64,000 nucleotides of DNA from a virus (taxonomy: Duplodnaviria; Heunggongvirae; Uroviricota; Caudoviricetes): IMG/VR virus record IMGVR_UViG_2623620505_000001. One strand, given 5' to 3'. The notes under the pieces are model-generated. The model was not told where the DNA came from, searched no databases, and saw only the letters and a program-made list of their open reading frames with translations. A program made the translations under genes and the position numbers. Positions 1-9,730 of this stretch are shown piece after piece; the first letter of the stretch is position 1; each line of letters opens with the position of its first letter.

Positions 1-60
1 GCTAATGTGTGCTGGCGGGATATAGGATGTGTGCTGACGGGAAAGCCTGGGTAGTTATCA
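1..60. repeat. incC: incC-type 19-bp iterons upstream of repA (partial, cut by window edge)
   Basis: Seen: two copies of GATGTGTGCTG(G/A)CGGGA-like repeat at 4-22 and 26-44, same family as the repeats after repA. Known: P1 oriR/incC iterons precede repA. Confidence 0.7.
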
Positions 61-100
61 CCACTTATAAAAGCTATCCACATAATTCGGAAAAAGTAAT

Positions 101-961
101 ATGAATCAATCTTTTATCTCCGATATTCTTTACGCAGACATTGAAAGTAAGGCAAAAGAACTAACAGTTAATTCAAACAACACTGTGCAGCCTGTAGCGT
201 TGATGCGCTTGGGGGTATTCGTGCCGAAGCCATCAAAGAGCAAAGGAGAAAGTAAAGAGATTGATGCCACCAAAGCGTTTTCCCAGCTGGAGATAGCTAA
301 AGCCGAGGGTTACGATGATATTAAAATCACCGGTCCTCGACTCGATATGGATACTGATTTCAAAACGTGGATCGGTGTCATCTACGCGTTCAGCAAATAC
401 GGCTTGTCCTCAAACACCATCCAGTTATCGTTTCAGGAATTCGCTAAAGCCTGTGGTTTCCCCTCAAAACGTCTGGATGCGAAACTGCGTTTAACCATTC
501 ATGAATCACTTGGACGCTTGCGTAACAAGGGTATCGCTTTTAAGCGCGGAAAAGATGCTAAAGGCGGCTATCAGACTGGTCTGCTTAAGGTCGGGCGTTT
601 TGATGCTGACCTTGATCTGATAGAGCTGGAGGCTGATTCGAAGCTGTGGGAGCTGTTCCAGCTTGATTATCGCGTTCTGTTGCAACACCACGCCTTGCGT
701 GCCCTTCCGAAGAAAGAAGCTGCACAAGCCATTTACACTTTCATCGAAAGCCTTCCGCAGAACCCGTTGCCGCTATCGTTCGCGCGAATCCGTGAGCGCC
801 TGGCTTTGCAGTCAGCTGTTGGCGAGCAAAACCGTATCATTAAGAAAGCGATAGAACAGCTTAAAACAATCGGTTATCTCGACTGTTCAATTGAGAAGAA
901 AGGCCGGGAAAGTTTTGTAATCGTCCATTCTCGCAATCCAAAGCTGAAACTTCCCGAATAA
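101..961 (+). CDS. repA: plasmid replication initiator RepA (iteron-binding)
   Basis: 286 aa ORF flanked by iteron arrays on both sides; N-terminus MNQSFISDILYADIESKAKELTVN matches my recollection of P1 RepA. Position upstream of parAB. Confidence 0.9.
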   Translation: MNQSFISDILYADIESKAKELTVNSNNTVQPVALMRLGVFVPKPSKSKGESKEIDATKAFSQLEIAKAEGYDDIKITGPRLDMDTDFKTWIGVIYAFSKYGLSSNTIQLSFQEFAKACGFPSKRLDAKLRLTIHESLGRLRNKGIAFKRGKDAKGGYQTGLLKVGRFDADLDLIELEADSKLWELFQLDYRVLLQHHALRALPKKEAAQAIYTFIESLPQNPLPLSFARIRERLALQSAVGEQNRIIKKAIEQLKTIGYLDCSIEKKGRESFVIVHSRNPKLKLPE

Positions 962-1247
962 GTGTGTGCTGGAGGGCAGCTGCATTCAAAAAATGTGTGC
1001 TGCCGGGAAGGCTTGTCCAATTTCCCGTTTTTGATGTGCGCTGGAGGGGGACGCCCCGCAGTTTGCTCAGACTTTCCCTCCAGCACACATCTGTCCACCC
1101 GTTTTTCCCTCCAGTGCACATGTAATTCTCTGTCTTTCCCTCCAGCACACATATTTGATACCAGCGATCCCTCCACAGCACATAATTCAATGCGACTTCC
1201 CTCTATCGCACATCTTAGACTTTTATTCTCCCTCCAGCACACATCGA
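961..1247. repeat. incA: incA copy-control iteron array (nine 19-bp repeats, 3 in one orientation and 6 inverted)
   Basis: Seen: repeats at 961, 993, 1034 (GATGTGTGCTGGAGGG-like) and inverted copies TCCCTCCAGCACACAT at 1075, 1106, 1136, 1168, 1197, 1229. The 108-aa ORF here is an artefact. Confidence 0.85.
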
Positions 1248-1518
1248 AGCTGCCGGGCAAGCCGTTCTCACCAGTTGATAGAGAGTGAAGCCTAGCTACC
1301 CGTTGAAGCAGGAAATCACCAAAATGATTCAGGCTACAACCTGAACATAGAAGAAATCCGCGTCCTTTATGCGTGGAGGATGCCAAAGCATGTTGTGACA
1401 CACTTGGCAAAGGAGTAAACATGCAGAGAATGCTATGTACAAGCATCTACGCATACATTATTATTTTATGCAGCATTTTTAATTAAATTCAAAAATACAG
1501 CATAAAGGATGACTTTCG

Positions 1519-2715
1519 ATGAGTGATTCCAGCCAGCTTCACAAGGTTGCTCAAAGAGCAAACAGAATGCTCAATGTTCTGACTGAACAAGTACAGTTGC
1601 AAAAGGATGAGCTACACGCGAACGAGTTTTACCAGGTCTATGCGAAAGCGGCACTGGCAAAATTGCCTCTATTGACTCGAGCGAACGTTGACTATGCCGT
1701 AAGTGAAATGGAAGAAAAGGGTTATGTTTTCGATAAACGCCCTGCTGGCTCTTCAATGAAATATGCGATGTCAATTCAGAACATCATTGACATATATGAA
1801 CATCGCGGAGTGCCAAAATACCGGGATCGCTACAGCGAAGCGTATGTGATTTTCATCTCCAATCTTAAAGGCGGTGTGTCAAAAACTGTATCGACGGTTT
1901 CTCTGGCGCATGCAATGCGTGCCCACCCTCATCTTCTGATGGAAGATTTAAGGATTCTGGTTATTGACCTTGATCCGCAATCTTCAGCAACGATGTTTTT
2001 AAGCCATAAACACTCTATTGGTATCGTAAACGCAACATCTGCACAGGCTATGTTGCAGAATGTAAGCCGTGAAGAGCTGTTAGAGGAGTTTATTGTTCCT
2101 TCTGTTGTACCTGGGGTTGACGTTATGCCTGCGTCGATTGACGATGCCTTTATTGCATCCGATTGGAGAGAGCTGTGCAATGAGCATCTACCGGGTCAGA
2201 ACATCCATGCTGTCCTGAAAGAAAATGTGATTGATAAGCTGAAGAGCGATTATGACTTTATCCTCGTTGATAGTGGTCCTCACCTTGACGCCTTCCTGAA
2301 AAATGCTTTGGCCTCGGCCAATATACTGTTTACACCTCTGCCGCCAGCAACTGTCGATTTCCACTCATCGCTTAAATACGTTGCCCGCCTTCCTGAGTTG
2401 GTGAAACTCATTTCGGATGAAGGCTGCGAGTGCCAGCTTGCGACTAACATTGGTTTTATGTCCAAGTTGAGTAACAAGGCAGATCATAAGTATTGCCATA
2501 GCCTGGCTAAAGAAGTGTTCGGTGGGGATATGCTCGATGTCGTCCTCCCTCGCCTTGACGGTTTTGAACGTTGCGGCGAGTCTTTTGACACTGTTATTTC
2601 AGCTAACCCGGCAACGTATGTTGGTAGTGCTGATGCATTGAAGAACGCGCGAATTGCCGCGGAAGATTTTGCTAAAGCAGTTTTTGACCGTATTGAATTT
2701 ATCAGATCTAACTGA
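1519..2715 (+). CDS. parA: partition ATPase ParA (Walker-type, type Ia)
   Basis: 398 aa; deviant Walker A region ISNLKGGVSKTVSTV; followed by parB and parS. Confidence 0.9.
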   Translation: MSDSSQLHKVAQRANRMLNVLTEQVQLQKDELHANEFYQVYAKAALAKLPLLTRANVDYAVSEMEEKGYVFDKRPAGSSMKYAMSIQNIIDIYEHRGVPKYRDRYSEAYVIFISNLKGGVSKTVSTVSLAHAMRAHPHLLMEDLRILVIDLDPQSSATMFLSHKHSIGIVNATSAQAMLQNVSREELLEEFIVPSVVPGVDVMPASIDDAFIASDWRELCNEHLPGQNIHAVLKENVIDKLKSDYDFILVDSGPHLDAFLKNALASANILFTPLPPATVDFHSSLKYVARLPELVKLISDEGCECQLATNIGFMSKLSNKADHKYCHSLAKEVFGGDMLDVVLPRLDGFERCGESFDTVISANPATYVGSADALKNARIAAEDFAKAVFDRIEFIRSN

Positions 2716-2731
2716 GGAGTAAGAAACCCCC

Positions 2732-3733
2732 ATGTCAAAGAAAAACAGACCAACAATTGGGCGAACCCTTAATCCTTCAATATTAAGCGGATTTGATAGT
2801 TCTTCAGCCTCTGGCGATCGAGTCGAGCAGGTATTCAAGTTATCAACTGGTCGCCAGGCCACATTTATTGAAGAGGTAATACCTCCGAACCAGGTAGAAA
2901 GCGATACCTTTGTTGATCAGCATAACAACGGGCGTGACCAGGCATCTCTTACGCCAAAATCATTAAAAAGTATCCGAAGCACTATTAAGCATCAGCAATT
3001 TTACCCTGCAATAGGTGTCAGACGGGCTACAGGGAAAATTGAAATTTTGGATGGTTCCCGGCGTCGAGCTTCTGCCATCTTAGAGAACGTAGGGTTGCGG
3101 GTTTTAGTCACGGACCAGGAGATCAGCGTTCAGGAAGCGCAAAATTTAGCGAAAGACGTTCAGACAGCATTGCAGCACAGCATTCGAGAAATAGGTCTGC
3201 GTTTGATGCGAATGAAAAATGATGGGATGAGTCAGAAGGATATTGCAGCCAAAGAAGGGCTGTCTCAGGCGAAGGTCACGCGTGCTCTCCAGGCAGCGAG
3301 TGCTCCGGAAGAATTAGTCGCCCTTTTCCCTGTGCAGTCGGAATTAACCTTTTCGGACTACAAAACGCTTTGTGCTGTTGGCGACGAAATGGGGAACAAG
3401 AATTTAGAGTTTGATCAGCTTATTCAAAACATATCCCCGGAAATAAACGACATCTTATCCATTGAAGAAATGGCCGAAGATGAAGTTAAAAATAAAATCC
3501 TGCGCTTGATAACAAAGGAAGCCTCACTACTCACGGATAAAGGTTCTAAAGATAAGTCCGTAGTTACTGAATTATGGAAATTTGAGGACAAGGATCGCTT
3601 TGCAAGGAAGCGCGTGAAAGGCCGTGCATTTTCTTATGAGTTTAATCGACTCTCAAAAGAGTTACAGGAAGAACTCGACAGGATGATTGGGCATATCCTT
3701 AGAAAGAGCCTCGATAAAAAGCCGAAGCCTTAA
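2732..3733 (+). CDS. parB: partition protein ParB (centromere-binding)
   Basis: 333 aa immediately downstream of parA, followed by heptamer/hexamer centromere. Confidence 0.9.
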   Translation: MSKKNRPTIGRTLNPSILSGFDSSSASGDRVEQVFKLSTGRQATFIEEVIPPNQVESDTFVDQHNNGRDQASLTPKSLKSIRSTIKHQQFYPAIGVRRATGKIEILDGSRRRASAILENVGLRVLVTDQEISVQEAQNLAKDVQTALQHSIREIGLRLMRMKNDGMSQKDIAAKEGLSQAKVTRALQAASAPEELVALFPVQSELTFSDYKTLCAVGDEMGNKNLEFDQLIQNISPEINDILSIEEMAEDEVKNKILRLITKEASLLTDKGSKDKSVVTELWKFEDKDRFARKRVKGRAFSYEFNRLSKELQEELDRMIGHILRKSLDKKPKP

Positions 3734-3744
3734 ACTTTCGCCAT

Positions 3745-3825
3745 TCAAATTTCACTATTAACTGACTGTTTTTAAAGTAAATTACTCTAAAATTTCAAGG
3801 TGAAATCGCCACGATTTCACCTTGG
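3745..3825. other. parS: parS partition centromere (box A ATTTCAC heptamers, box B TCGCCA, AT-rich IHF-like spacer)
   Basis: Seen: ATTTCAC at 3749-3755 and TGAAATCGCCACGATTTCACC at 3801-3821 separated by AT-rich spacer; matches known P1 parS layout. Confidence 0.85.
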
Positions 3826-3887
3826 ATTTTACCTTCCTCCCCTCCTCCCGAAAAAATAAAAAAATTGCTTGTCACGAGAAAGTCAAC

Positions 3888-3906
3888 AAGTGACTTTCAA
3901 TAAAAT
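3888..3906 (+). promoter_or_regulatory. putative Lpa-dependent late promoter (AAGTGACTT element + TAAAAT -10)
   Basis: Seen: AAGTGACTT tcaa TAAAAT upstream of the 575-aa late gene; same element+spacing recurs at 23298, 30250 and 43621(-). Inference that it is the late promoter type. Confidence 0.5.
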
Positions 3907-3936
3907 CTCTTCCGAAAAGGGATTCACACAAGTGCC

Positions 3937-5664
3937 TTGTGTTTAAGGAAGAGTAAATTGAGTAACTTACGCGAATACCAGAATCGTATTGCAGATATCG
4001 CAAAACGCTCTAAAGCTGTGCTTGGCTGGGCAAGCACTGCGCAGTTCGGTACTGATAACCAATTCATTAAAGATGATGCCGCGCGTGCCGCATCTATCCT
4101 TGAAGCTGCACGTAAAGACCCGGTTTTTGCGGGTATCTCTGATAATGCCACCGCTCAAATCGCTACAGCGTGGGCAAGTGCACTGGCTGACTACGCCGCA
4201 GCACATAAATCTATGCCGCGTCCGGAAATTCTGGCCTCCTGCCACCAGACGCTGGAGAACTGCCTGATTGAGTCCACCCGCAATAGCATGGATGCCACTA
4301 ATAAAGCGATGCTGGAATCCGTCGCAGCAGAGATGATGAGCGTTTCTGACGGTGTTATGCGTCTGCCTTTATTCCTCGCGATGATCCTGCCTGTTCAGTT
4401 GGGGGCAGCTACCGCTGATGCGTGTACCTTCATTCCGGTTACGCGTGACCAGTCCGACATCTATGAAGTCTTTAACGTGGCAGGTTCCTCTTTTGGTTCT
4501 TATGCTGCTGGTGATGTTCTGGACATGCAATCCGTCGGTGTGTACAGCCAGTTACGTCGCCGCTATGTGCTGGTGGCAAGCTCCGATGGCACCAGCAAAA
4601 CCGCAACCTTCAAGATGGAAGACTTCGAAGGCCAGAATGTACCAATCCGAAAAGGTCGCACTAACATCTACGTTAACCGTATTAAGTCTGTTGTTGATAA
4701 CGGTTCCGGCAGCCTACTTCACTCGTTTACTAATGCTGCTGGTGAGCAAATCACTGTTACCTGCTCTCTGAACTACAACATTGGTCAGATTGCCCTGTCG
4801 TTCTCCAAAGCGCCGGATAAAGGCACTGAGATCGCAATTGAGACGGAAATCAATATTGAAGCCGCTCCTGAGCTGATCCCGCTGATCAACCACGAAATGA
4901 AGAAATACACCCTGTTCCCAAGCCAGTTCGTTATCGCGGCTGAGCACACGGTACAGGCGGCGTATGAAGCACAGCGTGAATTTGGTCTGGACCTGGGTTC
5001 CCTACAGTTCCGCACCCTGAAGGAATACCTGTCTCATGAACAGGATATGCTGCGTCTTCGCATCATGATCTGGCGTACTCTTGCGACCGACACCTTTGAC
5101 ATCGCTCTGCCGGTTAACCAGTCCTTTGATGTATGGGCAACCATCATTCGTGGCAAATTCCAGACTGTATATCGCGACATTATTGAGCGCGTTAAATCTT
5201 CTGGTGCGATGGGGATGTTTGCTGGTGCTGATGCAGCATCTTTCTTCAAACAGTTGCCGAAGGATTTCTTCCAGCCAGCCGAAGACTATATCCAGACTCC
5301 GTATGTTCACTTCATCGGTACCCTGTTCGGTAACGTGAAAGTGTACGAAGTACCTGCTGGTATTTGTAAGAACTTAACGACAGAGAACATTCAGTTCAGC
5401 TCGATGGATGTGCTGTGCTACGTCCGTGATGAAAATCCGGGTAAAGCAGGCTTCGTGACTGGTGATGCTGTCCCGGCCATCCCGTTCCAGCATCCGACCA
5501 CTCCGGCGCTGGTCAACCGTACCACGCTGTGGGGTTCGGCTATCAACGATATGCACCCACGCAACGGCGCTGATTACTTCACTCGTGTAACGCTGACAAT
5601 GGCCAAAAAAGGCGGGCTTAACTTCATAAGCGGCGACACGATTGATGCCGGTGACTCTGAGTAA
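3937..5664 (+). CDS. late structural protein, probable major head protein (position of P1 gene 23); likely true start TTG at 3958
   Basis: 575 aa, downstream of a late-promoter-like motif, adjacent to parB as gene 23 is in P1. Function by position only. Confidence 0.5.
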   Translation: MCLRKSKLSNLREYQNRIADIAKRSKAVLGWASTAQFGTDNQFIKDDAARAASILEAARKDPVFAGISDNATAQIATAWASALADYAAAHKSMPRPEILASCHQTLENCLIESTRNSMDATNKAMLESVAAEMMSVSDGVMRLPLFLAMILPVQLGAATADACTFIPVTRDQSDIYEVFNVAGSSFGSYAAGDVLDMQSVGVYSQLRRRYVLVASSDGTSKTATFKMEDFEGQNVPIRKGRTNIYVNRIKSVVDNGSGSLLHSFTNAAGEQITVTCSLNYNIGQIALSFSKAPDKGTEIAIETEINIEAAPELIPLINHEMKKYTLFPSQFVIAAEHTVQAAYEAQREFGLDLGSLQFRTLKEYLSHEQDMLRLRIMIWRTLATDTFDIALPVNQSFDVWATIIRGKFQTVYRDIIERVKSSGAMGMFAGADAASFFKQLPKDFFQPAEDYIQTPYVHFIGTLFGNVKVYEVPAGICKNLTTENIQFSSMDVLCYVRDENPGKAGFVTGDAVPAIPFQHPTTPALVNRTTLWGSAINDMHPRNGADYFTRVTLTMAKKGGLNFISGDTIDAGDSE

Positions 5665-5724
5665 TCAGGGGAAGTTCTCCGTTTAACATAGCGCCCCCGT
5701 GCGGGGCGCATAACAGGGAAAGTT

Positions 5725-7314
5725 ATGTCTCAATATTCAATTCAACAGTCATTAGGTAATGCATCCGGCGTCGCGGTTAGCCCGATCAATGCCGATGCGA
5801 CGTTATCTACCGGTGTTGCATTAAATAGCAGCTTATGGGCTGGTATTGGCGTATTTGCGCGTGGCAAGCCGTTTACTGTTCTTGCGGTTACTGAGTCCAA
5901 TTACGAAGATGTTCTCGGCGAACCGCTGAAGCCGTCTTCCGGCTCACAGTTCGAACCAATTCGCCATGTATACGAAGCTATTCAGCAAACGTCTGGTTAT
6001 GTTGTTCGCGCTGTTCCGGATGATGCGAAGTTCCCGATTATTATGTTCGATGAATCAGGCGAACCGGCTTACAGTGCGTTGCCATACGGTTCTGAAATTG
6101 AACTTGATAGTGGCGAAGCCTTTGCTATCTACGTTGATGATGGTGATCCGTGTATTTCACCTACCCGTGAGTTAACCATCGAAACGGCAACAGCGGACAG
6201 CGCGGGTAATGAACGCTTCCTCTTAAAACTGACCCAGACGACTTCGCTCGGCGTGGTAACGACCCTGGAGACACACACTGTGTCTTTGGCGGAAGAAGCG
6301 AAAGATGACATGGGCCGCTTGTGTTATCTGCCTACGGCTCTGGAAGCCCGTTCTAAATATCTGCGCGCGGTTGTTAATGAAGAGCTGATTTCGACAGCGA
6401 AAGTAACAAACAAAAAATCGTTGGCGTTCACTGGCGGTACCAACGGCGATCAGTCGAAAATCTCAACCGCTGCGTACCTGCGTGCGGTTAAAGTGCTGAA
6501 TAATGCGCCGTACATGTACACCGCTGTTCTTGGCCTGGGCTGCTATGACAATGCGGCTATCACCGCATTAGGTAAAATCTGTGCAGATCGCCTGATTGAT
6601 GGCTTCTTTGATGTCAAACCGACATTGACGTACACGGAAGCGATCTCTGCTGTTGAAGATACCGGTTTACTTGGTACCGATTATGTAAGCTGTGCTGTCT
6701 ATCACTACCCGTTCTCCTGCAAAGACAAATGGACCCAATCCCGTGTGGTCTTTGGTCTGTCTGGCGTGGCGTATGCGGCGAAAGCTCGTGGCGTCAAGAA
6801 AAACTCTGATGTCGGCGGTTGGCATTACTCACCGGCTGGTGAAGAACGTGCCGTCATTGCTCGTGCGTCAATTCAACCGCTGTATCCGGAAGATACCCCG
6901 GACGAAGAAGCAATGGTCAAGGGCCGTCTCAATAAAGTATCTGTTGGCACCTCTGGCCAGATGATCATCGACGATGCTTTAACTTGCTGCACGCAGGATA
7001 ACTATCTGCACTTCCAGCACGTCCCATCCCTGATGAATGCAATCAGCCGTTTCTTTGTCCAGTTAGCCCGACAGATGAAGCATAGCCCGGACGGTATTAC
7101 TGCGGCTGGCCTGACTAAAGGGATGACCAAACTTTTAGATCGCTTTGTCGCCTCCGGCGCTCTGGTGGCTCCTCGTGATCCTGATGCTGACGGTACAGAA
7201 CCGTATGTGCTGAAAGTTACGCAGGCGGAATTCGATAAATGGGAAGTAGTCTGGGCCTGCTGCCCGACTGGCGTAGCCCGTCGTATCCAGGGCGTACCGC
7301 TGCTTATTAAGTAA
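5725..7314 (+). CDS. late structural protein, possibly tail sheath (position of P1 gene 22)
   Basis: 529 aa ORF co-oriented in late operon; assignment by position and size only. Confidence 0.4.
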   Translation: MSQYSIQQSLGNASGVAVSPINADATLSTGVALNSSLWAGIGVFARGKPFTVLAVTESNYEDVLGEPLKPSSGSQFEPIRHVYEAIQQTSGYVVRAVPDDAKFPIIMFDESGEPAYSALPYGSEIELDSGEAFAIYVDDGDPCISPTRELTIETATADSAGNERFLLKLTQTTSLGVVTTLETHTVSLAEEAKDDMGRLCYLPTALEARSKYLRAVVNEELISTAKVTNKKSLAFTGGTNGDQSKISTAAYLRAVKVLNNAPYMYTAVLGLGCYDNAAITALGKICADRLIDGFFDVKPTLTYTEAISAVEDTGLLGTDYVSCAVYHYPFSCKDKWTQSRVVFGLSGVAYAAKARGVKKNSDVGGWHYSPAGEERAVIARASIQPLYPEDTPDEEAMVKGRLNKVSVGTSGQMIIDDALTCCTQDNYLHFQHVPSLMNAISRFFVQLARQMKHSPDGITAAGLTKGMTKLLDRFVASGALVAPRDPDADGTEPYVLKVTQAEFDKWEVVWACCPTGVARRIQGVPLLIK

Positions 7315-7323
7315 GGGAATACA

Positions 7324-8139
7324 ATGAGCAAAAACTTTTTTCAATCCGGGGCATTTTTGGGGAATGGACTGTCTCGTTTCGCTTTGAACTCTGATCCTGT
7401 GCAGCTGATGGAGTCTGCCCGAGCAAGCGCTGAACCGCCAACAGATCCGGTTATTAATAATAATCCGGAACCGGCGGCACAGACTAACGATAACGTTCCA
7501 TCTGCCCAGGCTCCTGAGCAAATCCTGGAAGGGAAAGACGGTAAAGAATGGACCGTCGAACAGGCGCACCAGATGATTCTGGAAGCTGCAAATCGAAGTG
7601 CTATGCAAAATGCGTTGAGTGATGCGGCCGACGCCGTTTTCGCCTGGGCTGATAGCGGTGATCTGACTTTCGACTCCCTTGATGGTTTCGTTCAGGCTAT
7701 CGCTGGTATCTCTGATGACGACGACTCCGAAGTTACAGAAGAACAGGACGATGCCTATAACGAAGCATGGGCAAATGTTGCTGACTTCCTCGCAGCATGC
7801 GGTGTTGATGATGACCTGATCGAAGCACTGGCTGACGATGAAGACGACGACGCAGCTGCTGATGTTGGTGCCTCTATCGCTGGTTTAGATAGCGACGACC
7901 GCGACGAACTGGAAGCGGCGTTTGTTGTTGCTGGCACTTCTGATGAAATGCTGACTGAAGCATTTAAGAAGGTTGTTCGTAACGGTGAGATCAAACTCAT
8001 CCGTAAACGCCTGCGTAAAAAACGTCTGACTGCGGCTCAAAAATCGGCGCTGAAAAAAGCGCGTCGAAAAGCCCAGACCGGCGCGGCAAAACTTGCCCGC
8101 AAAAAGTCAATGAAACTGCGCCGTAAGCGCCTTGGCTAA
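7324..8139 (+). CDS. late protein with strongly acidic core and Lys/Arg-rich C-terminal tail
   Basis: 271 aa; acidic D/E-rich segment (DDDSEVTEEQDD, DDEDDDAAAD) followed by KLIRKRLRKKRL...KLRRKRLG basic tail. Confidence 0.5.
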   Translation: MSKNFFQSGAFLGNGLSRFALNSDPVQLMESARASAEPPTDPVINNNPEPAAQTNDNVPSAQAPEQILEGKDGKEWTVEQAHQMILEAANRSAMQNALSDAADAVFAWADSGDLTFDSLDGFVQAIAGISDDDDSEVTEEQDDAYNEAWANVADFLAACGVDDDLIEALADDEDDDAAADVGASIAGLDSDDRDELEAAFVVAGTSDEMLTEAFKKVVRNGEIKLIRKRLRKKRLTAAQKSALKKARRKAQTGAAKLARKKSMKLRRKRLG

Positions 8140-8145
8140 AGGAGG

Positions 8146-8170
8146 AGGCCGGAGAACTCCGGCCTTTAAC
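8146..8170 (+). terminator. possible stem-loop terminator after the acidic/basic protein gene
   Basis: GGCCGGAG aact CTCCGGCC stem followed by TTTAACTT (weak U-tract). Confidence 0.35.
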
Positions 8171-8174
8171 TTGA

Positions 8175-8756
8175 ATGGCACCTATTCCTTATGGGGTTTA
8201 CAGCCAGGCTGACGGTGTATCGCCATATCTGAAAGTTACTTTAACGAACTCTCAGTACCAGGTTACCGGATATATCAGCCAGGGAGCGGCAATGAACATG
8301 GCCCAGAATTGGGAAGCGCCGTTTACCGGTATGTCCATGGGATCTGTTGCTGGTGCCTTCAGTGGTTTTGCGCAGGTTGGTACTGAAACAACGTCGGTTG
8401 CCCGTTGGAACAGCTTAATGGTTTGGGAAGGGGGAACACCGCCGACTTTCACGCTGCCAGTAACTTTCATCGCTTTGTTTGACCCATTCACGGAGGTTTC
8501 AGGAGCTATCGCCGCATTGTCAGCGATGATTAGCCCGGAACTTAAAGATGCCAGTATTGGTGGTCGAATCCCGGAGCGTGTGACGCTAAACATTGGTCGC
8601 CGGATCAACATCATTGATGTCGCTATCCAGGACATAAGTTTCGATCTCGATGCGCCCAGGGACAGCAATGGACATTTCCTGAAAAACACCGTCAACCTCC
8701 AGTTGACCGGTTCTTCGATATATAACAGCTCCGATATTGTTCGGGCGTTCCAGTAA
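8175..8756 (+). CDS. hypothetical late/structural protein
   Basis: 193 aa ORF in co-oriented late cluster. Confidence 0.45.
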   Translation: MAPIPYGVYSQADGVSPYLKVTLTNSQYQVTGYISQGAAMNMAQNWEAPFTGMSMGSVAGAFSGFAQVGTETTSVARWNSLMVWEGGTPPTFTLPVTFIALFDPFTEVSGAIAALSAMISPELKDASIGGRIPERVTLNIGRRINIIDVAIQDISFDLDAPRDSNGHFLKNTVNLQLTGSSIYNSSDIVRAFQ

Positions 8757-8767
8757 AAGGATTTTAT

Positions 8768-9277
8768 ATGGGGCACAATAACACTAAGGGAAACCGTAAA
8801 TTTATTAAGGGCCGCTATACTGCCAACGCGGCCAAAGGCGAACGACTGGTATCTTCTGAATTCCAGCTCACTTTTGCAGGCCATGAAGATATCAGCGTAC
8901 TGGTTCGCACGTCGCAAATTCCTGAAATGACCCGCGAGGATGTGGAGGACTATGGTCCGAATGGTGTGAAGTTCAACCAGCACGGTCCAATTCGAAACTC
9001 AGGGGAAATCCAGGTCCAGTGCGTGGAGACTATCGAAGGCGATATTCTTCAGTTCATTAAAGATCGCATTGCGGCGAAGGACTATGTTGATATCACGATG
9101 GCTGCTACCCCTGAATCCAAATCTTCCGGGGTTAACGCTGTGACAAAAGCTGCTACAACAATTGAAATGTTGGACTGCAAAATCTACAGTGATGCAATCG
9201 ACTTTAGTACCGAAGATGTGACTGCCGCTGTGCGCCCGTCACTTCGTATCGTCTACAACTGGATTGAGTGGGATTAA
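8768..9277 (+). CDS. hypothetical late/structural protein
   Basis: 169 aa ORF with RBS-like AAAGGA upstream; followed by a strong intrinsic terminator. Confidence 0.45.
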   Translation: MGHNNTKGNRKFIKGRYTANAAKGERLVSSEFQLTFAGHEDISVLVRTSQIPEMTREDVEDYGPNGVKFNQHGPIRNSGEIQVQCVETIEGDILQFIKDRIAAKDYVDITMAATPESKSSGVNAVTKAATTIEMLDCKIYSDAIDFSTEDVTAAVRPSLRIVYNWIEWD

Positions 9278-9296
9278 GAGTCATCCCTTGTATTTT

Positions 9297-9321
9297 AAAG
9301 CTCCTTCGGGAGCTTTTTTAT
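9297..9321 (+). terminator. rho-independent terminator
   Basis: AAAGCTCC ttcg GGAGCTTT stem-loop followed by TTTTTTAT. Confidence 0.8.
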
Positions 9322-9393
9322 TTGGAGAGGAAAGGGTGCATTGAGGATACCTGACACACGAAGAGTGGCGAGGATCTCTCCTCGCCAGGTCTC

Positions 9394-9549
9394 TTACCTT
9401 TCAGATTCGTAGGCTGTGAAGACAGTGACCTCCGTCTGGCCGGTTCGGATTCGTACCTCGCAGAGGTCTTTCCTCGTTACCAGTGCCGTCACAATGACGG
9501 TTAAACAGATGACGATCAGAGCGATTAATATCGCTTTTTGCTGCTTCAT
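9394..9549 (-). CDS. hok: Hok/Gef-family type I toxin (51 aa membrane peptide); not in supplied ORF track (below length cut-off)
   Basis: Translated by hand: MKQQKAILIALIVICLTVIVTALVTRKDLCEVRIRTGQTEVTVFTAYESER; C-terminal LTRK.LCE.R.R....EV..F.AYES matches Hok family; AGGAG RBS 9 nt upstream. Confidence 0.75.
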   Translation of the reverse strand: MKQQKAILIALIVICLTVIVTALVTRKDLCEVRIRTGQTEVTVFTAYESER

Positions 9550-9607
9550 AGCCTGCTTCTCCTTGACCTTTTGGTCGGTAAGAGGCTAATCTACGTATGC
9601 TAAGCAT
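9401..9607 (-). CDS. mok: mok-like overlapping reading frame (translational coupler of hok)
   Basis: 68-aa ORF overlapping hok in another frame, as in hok/mok/sok loci. Inference from arrangement. Confidence 0.4.
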   Translation of the reverse strand: MLSIRRLASYRPKGQGEAGYEAAKSDINRSDRHLFNRHCDGTGNEERPLRGTNPNRPDGGHCLHSLRI

Positions 9608-9730
9608 AGATATTGCCTCAGATTAATGTTAAGCGTCTTGCAGGACGCGTAATGTTATCTGGGGCTTTCTTCTATCTGCTTTTCGGGTAATGCCTGAAGC
9701 AGATAGCCTCAAGCACCCGCAACGATTGTA

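Noticed and set aside
962-1288. 108-aa ORF on + strand spanning the incA region
   Set aside because: It lies entirely within the nine 19-bp iterons; Cys/Gly-rich low-complexity translation is a by-product of the repeats.
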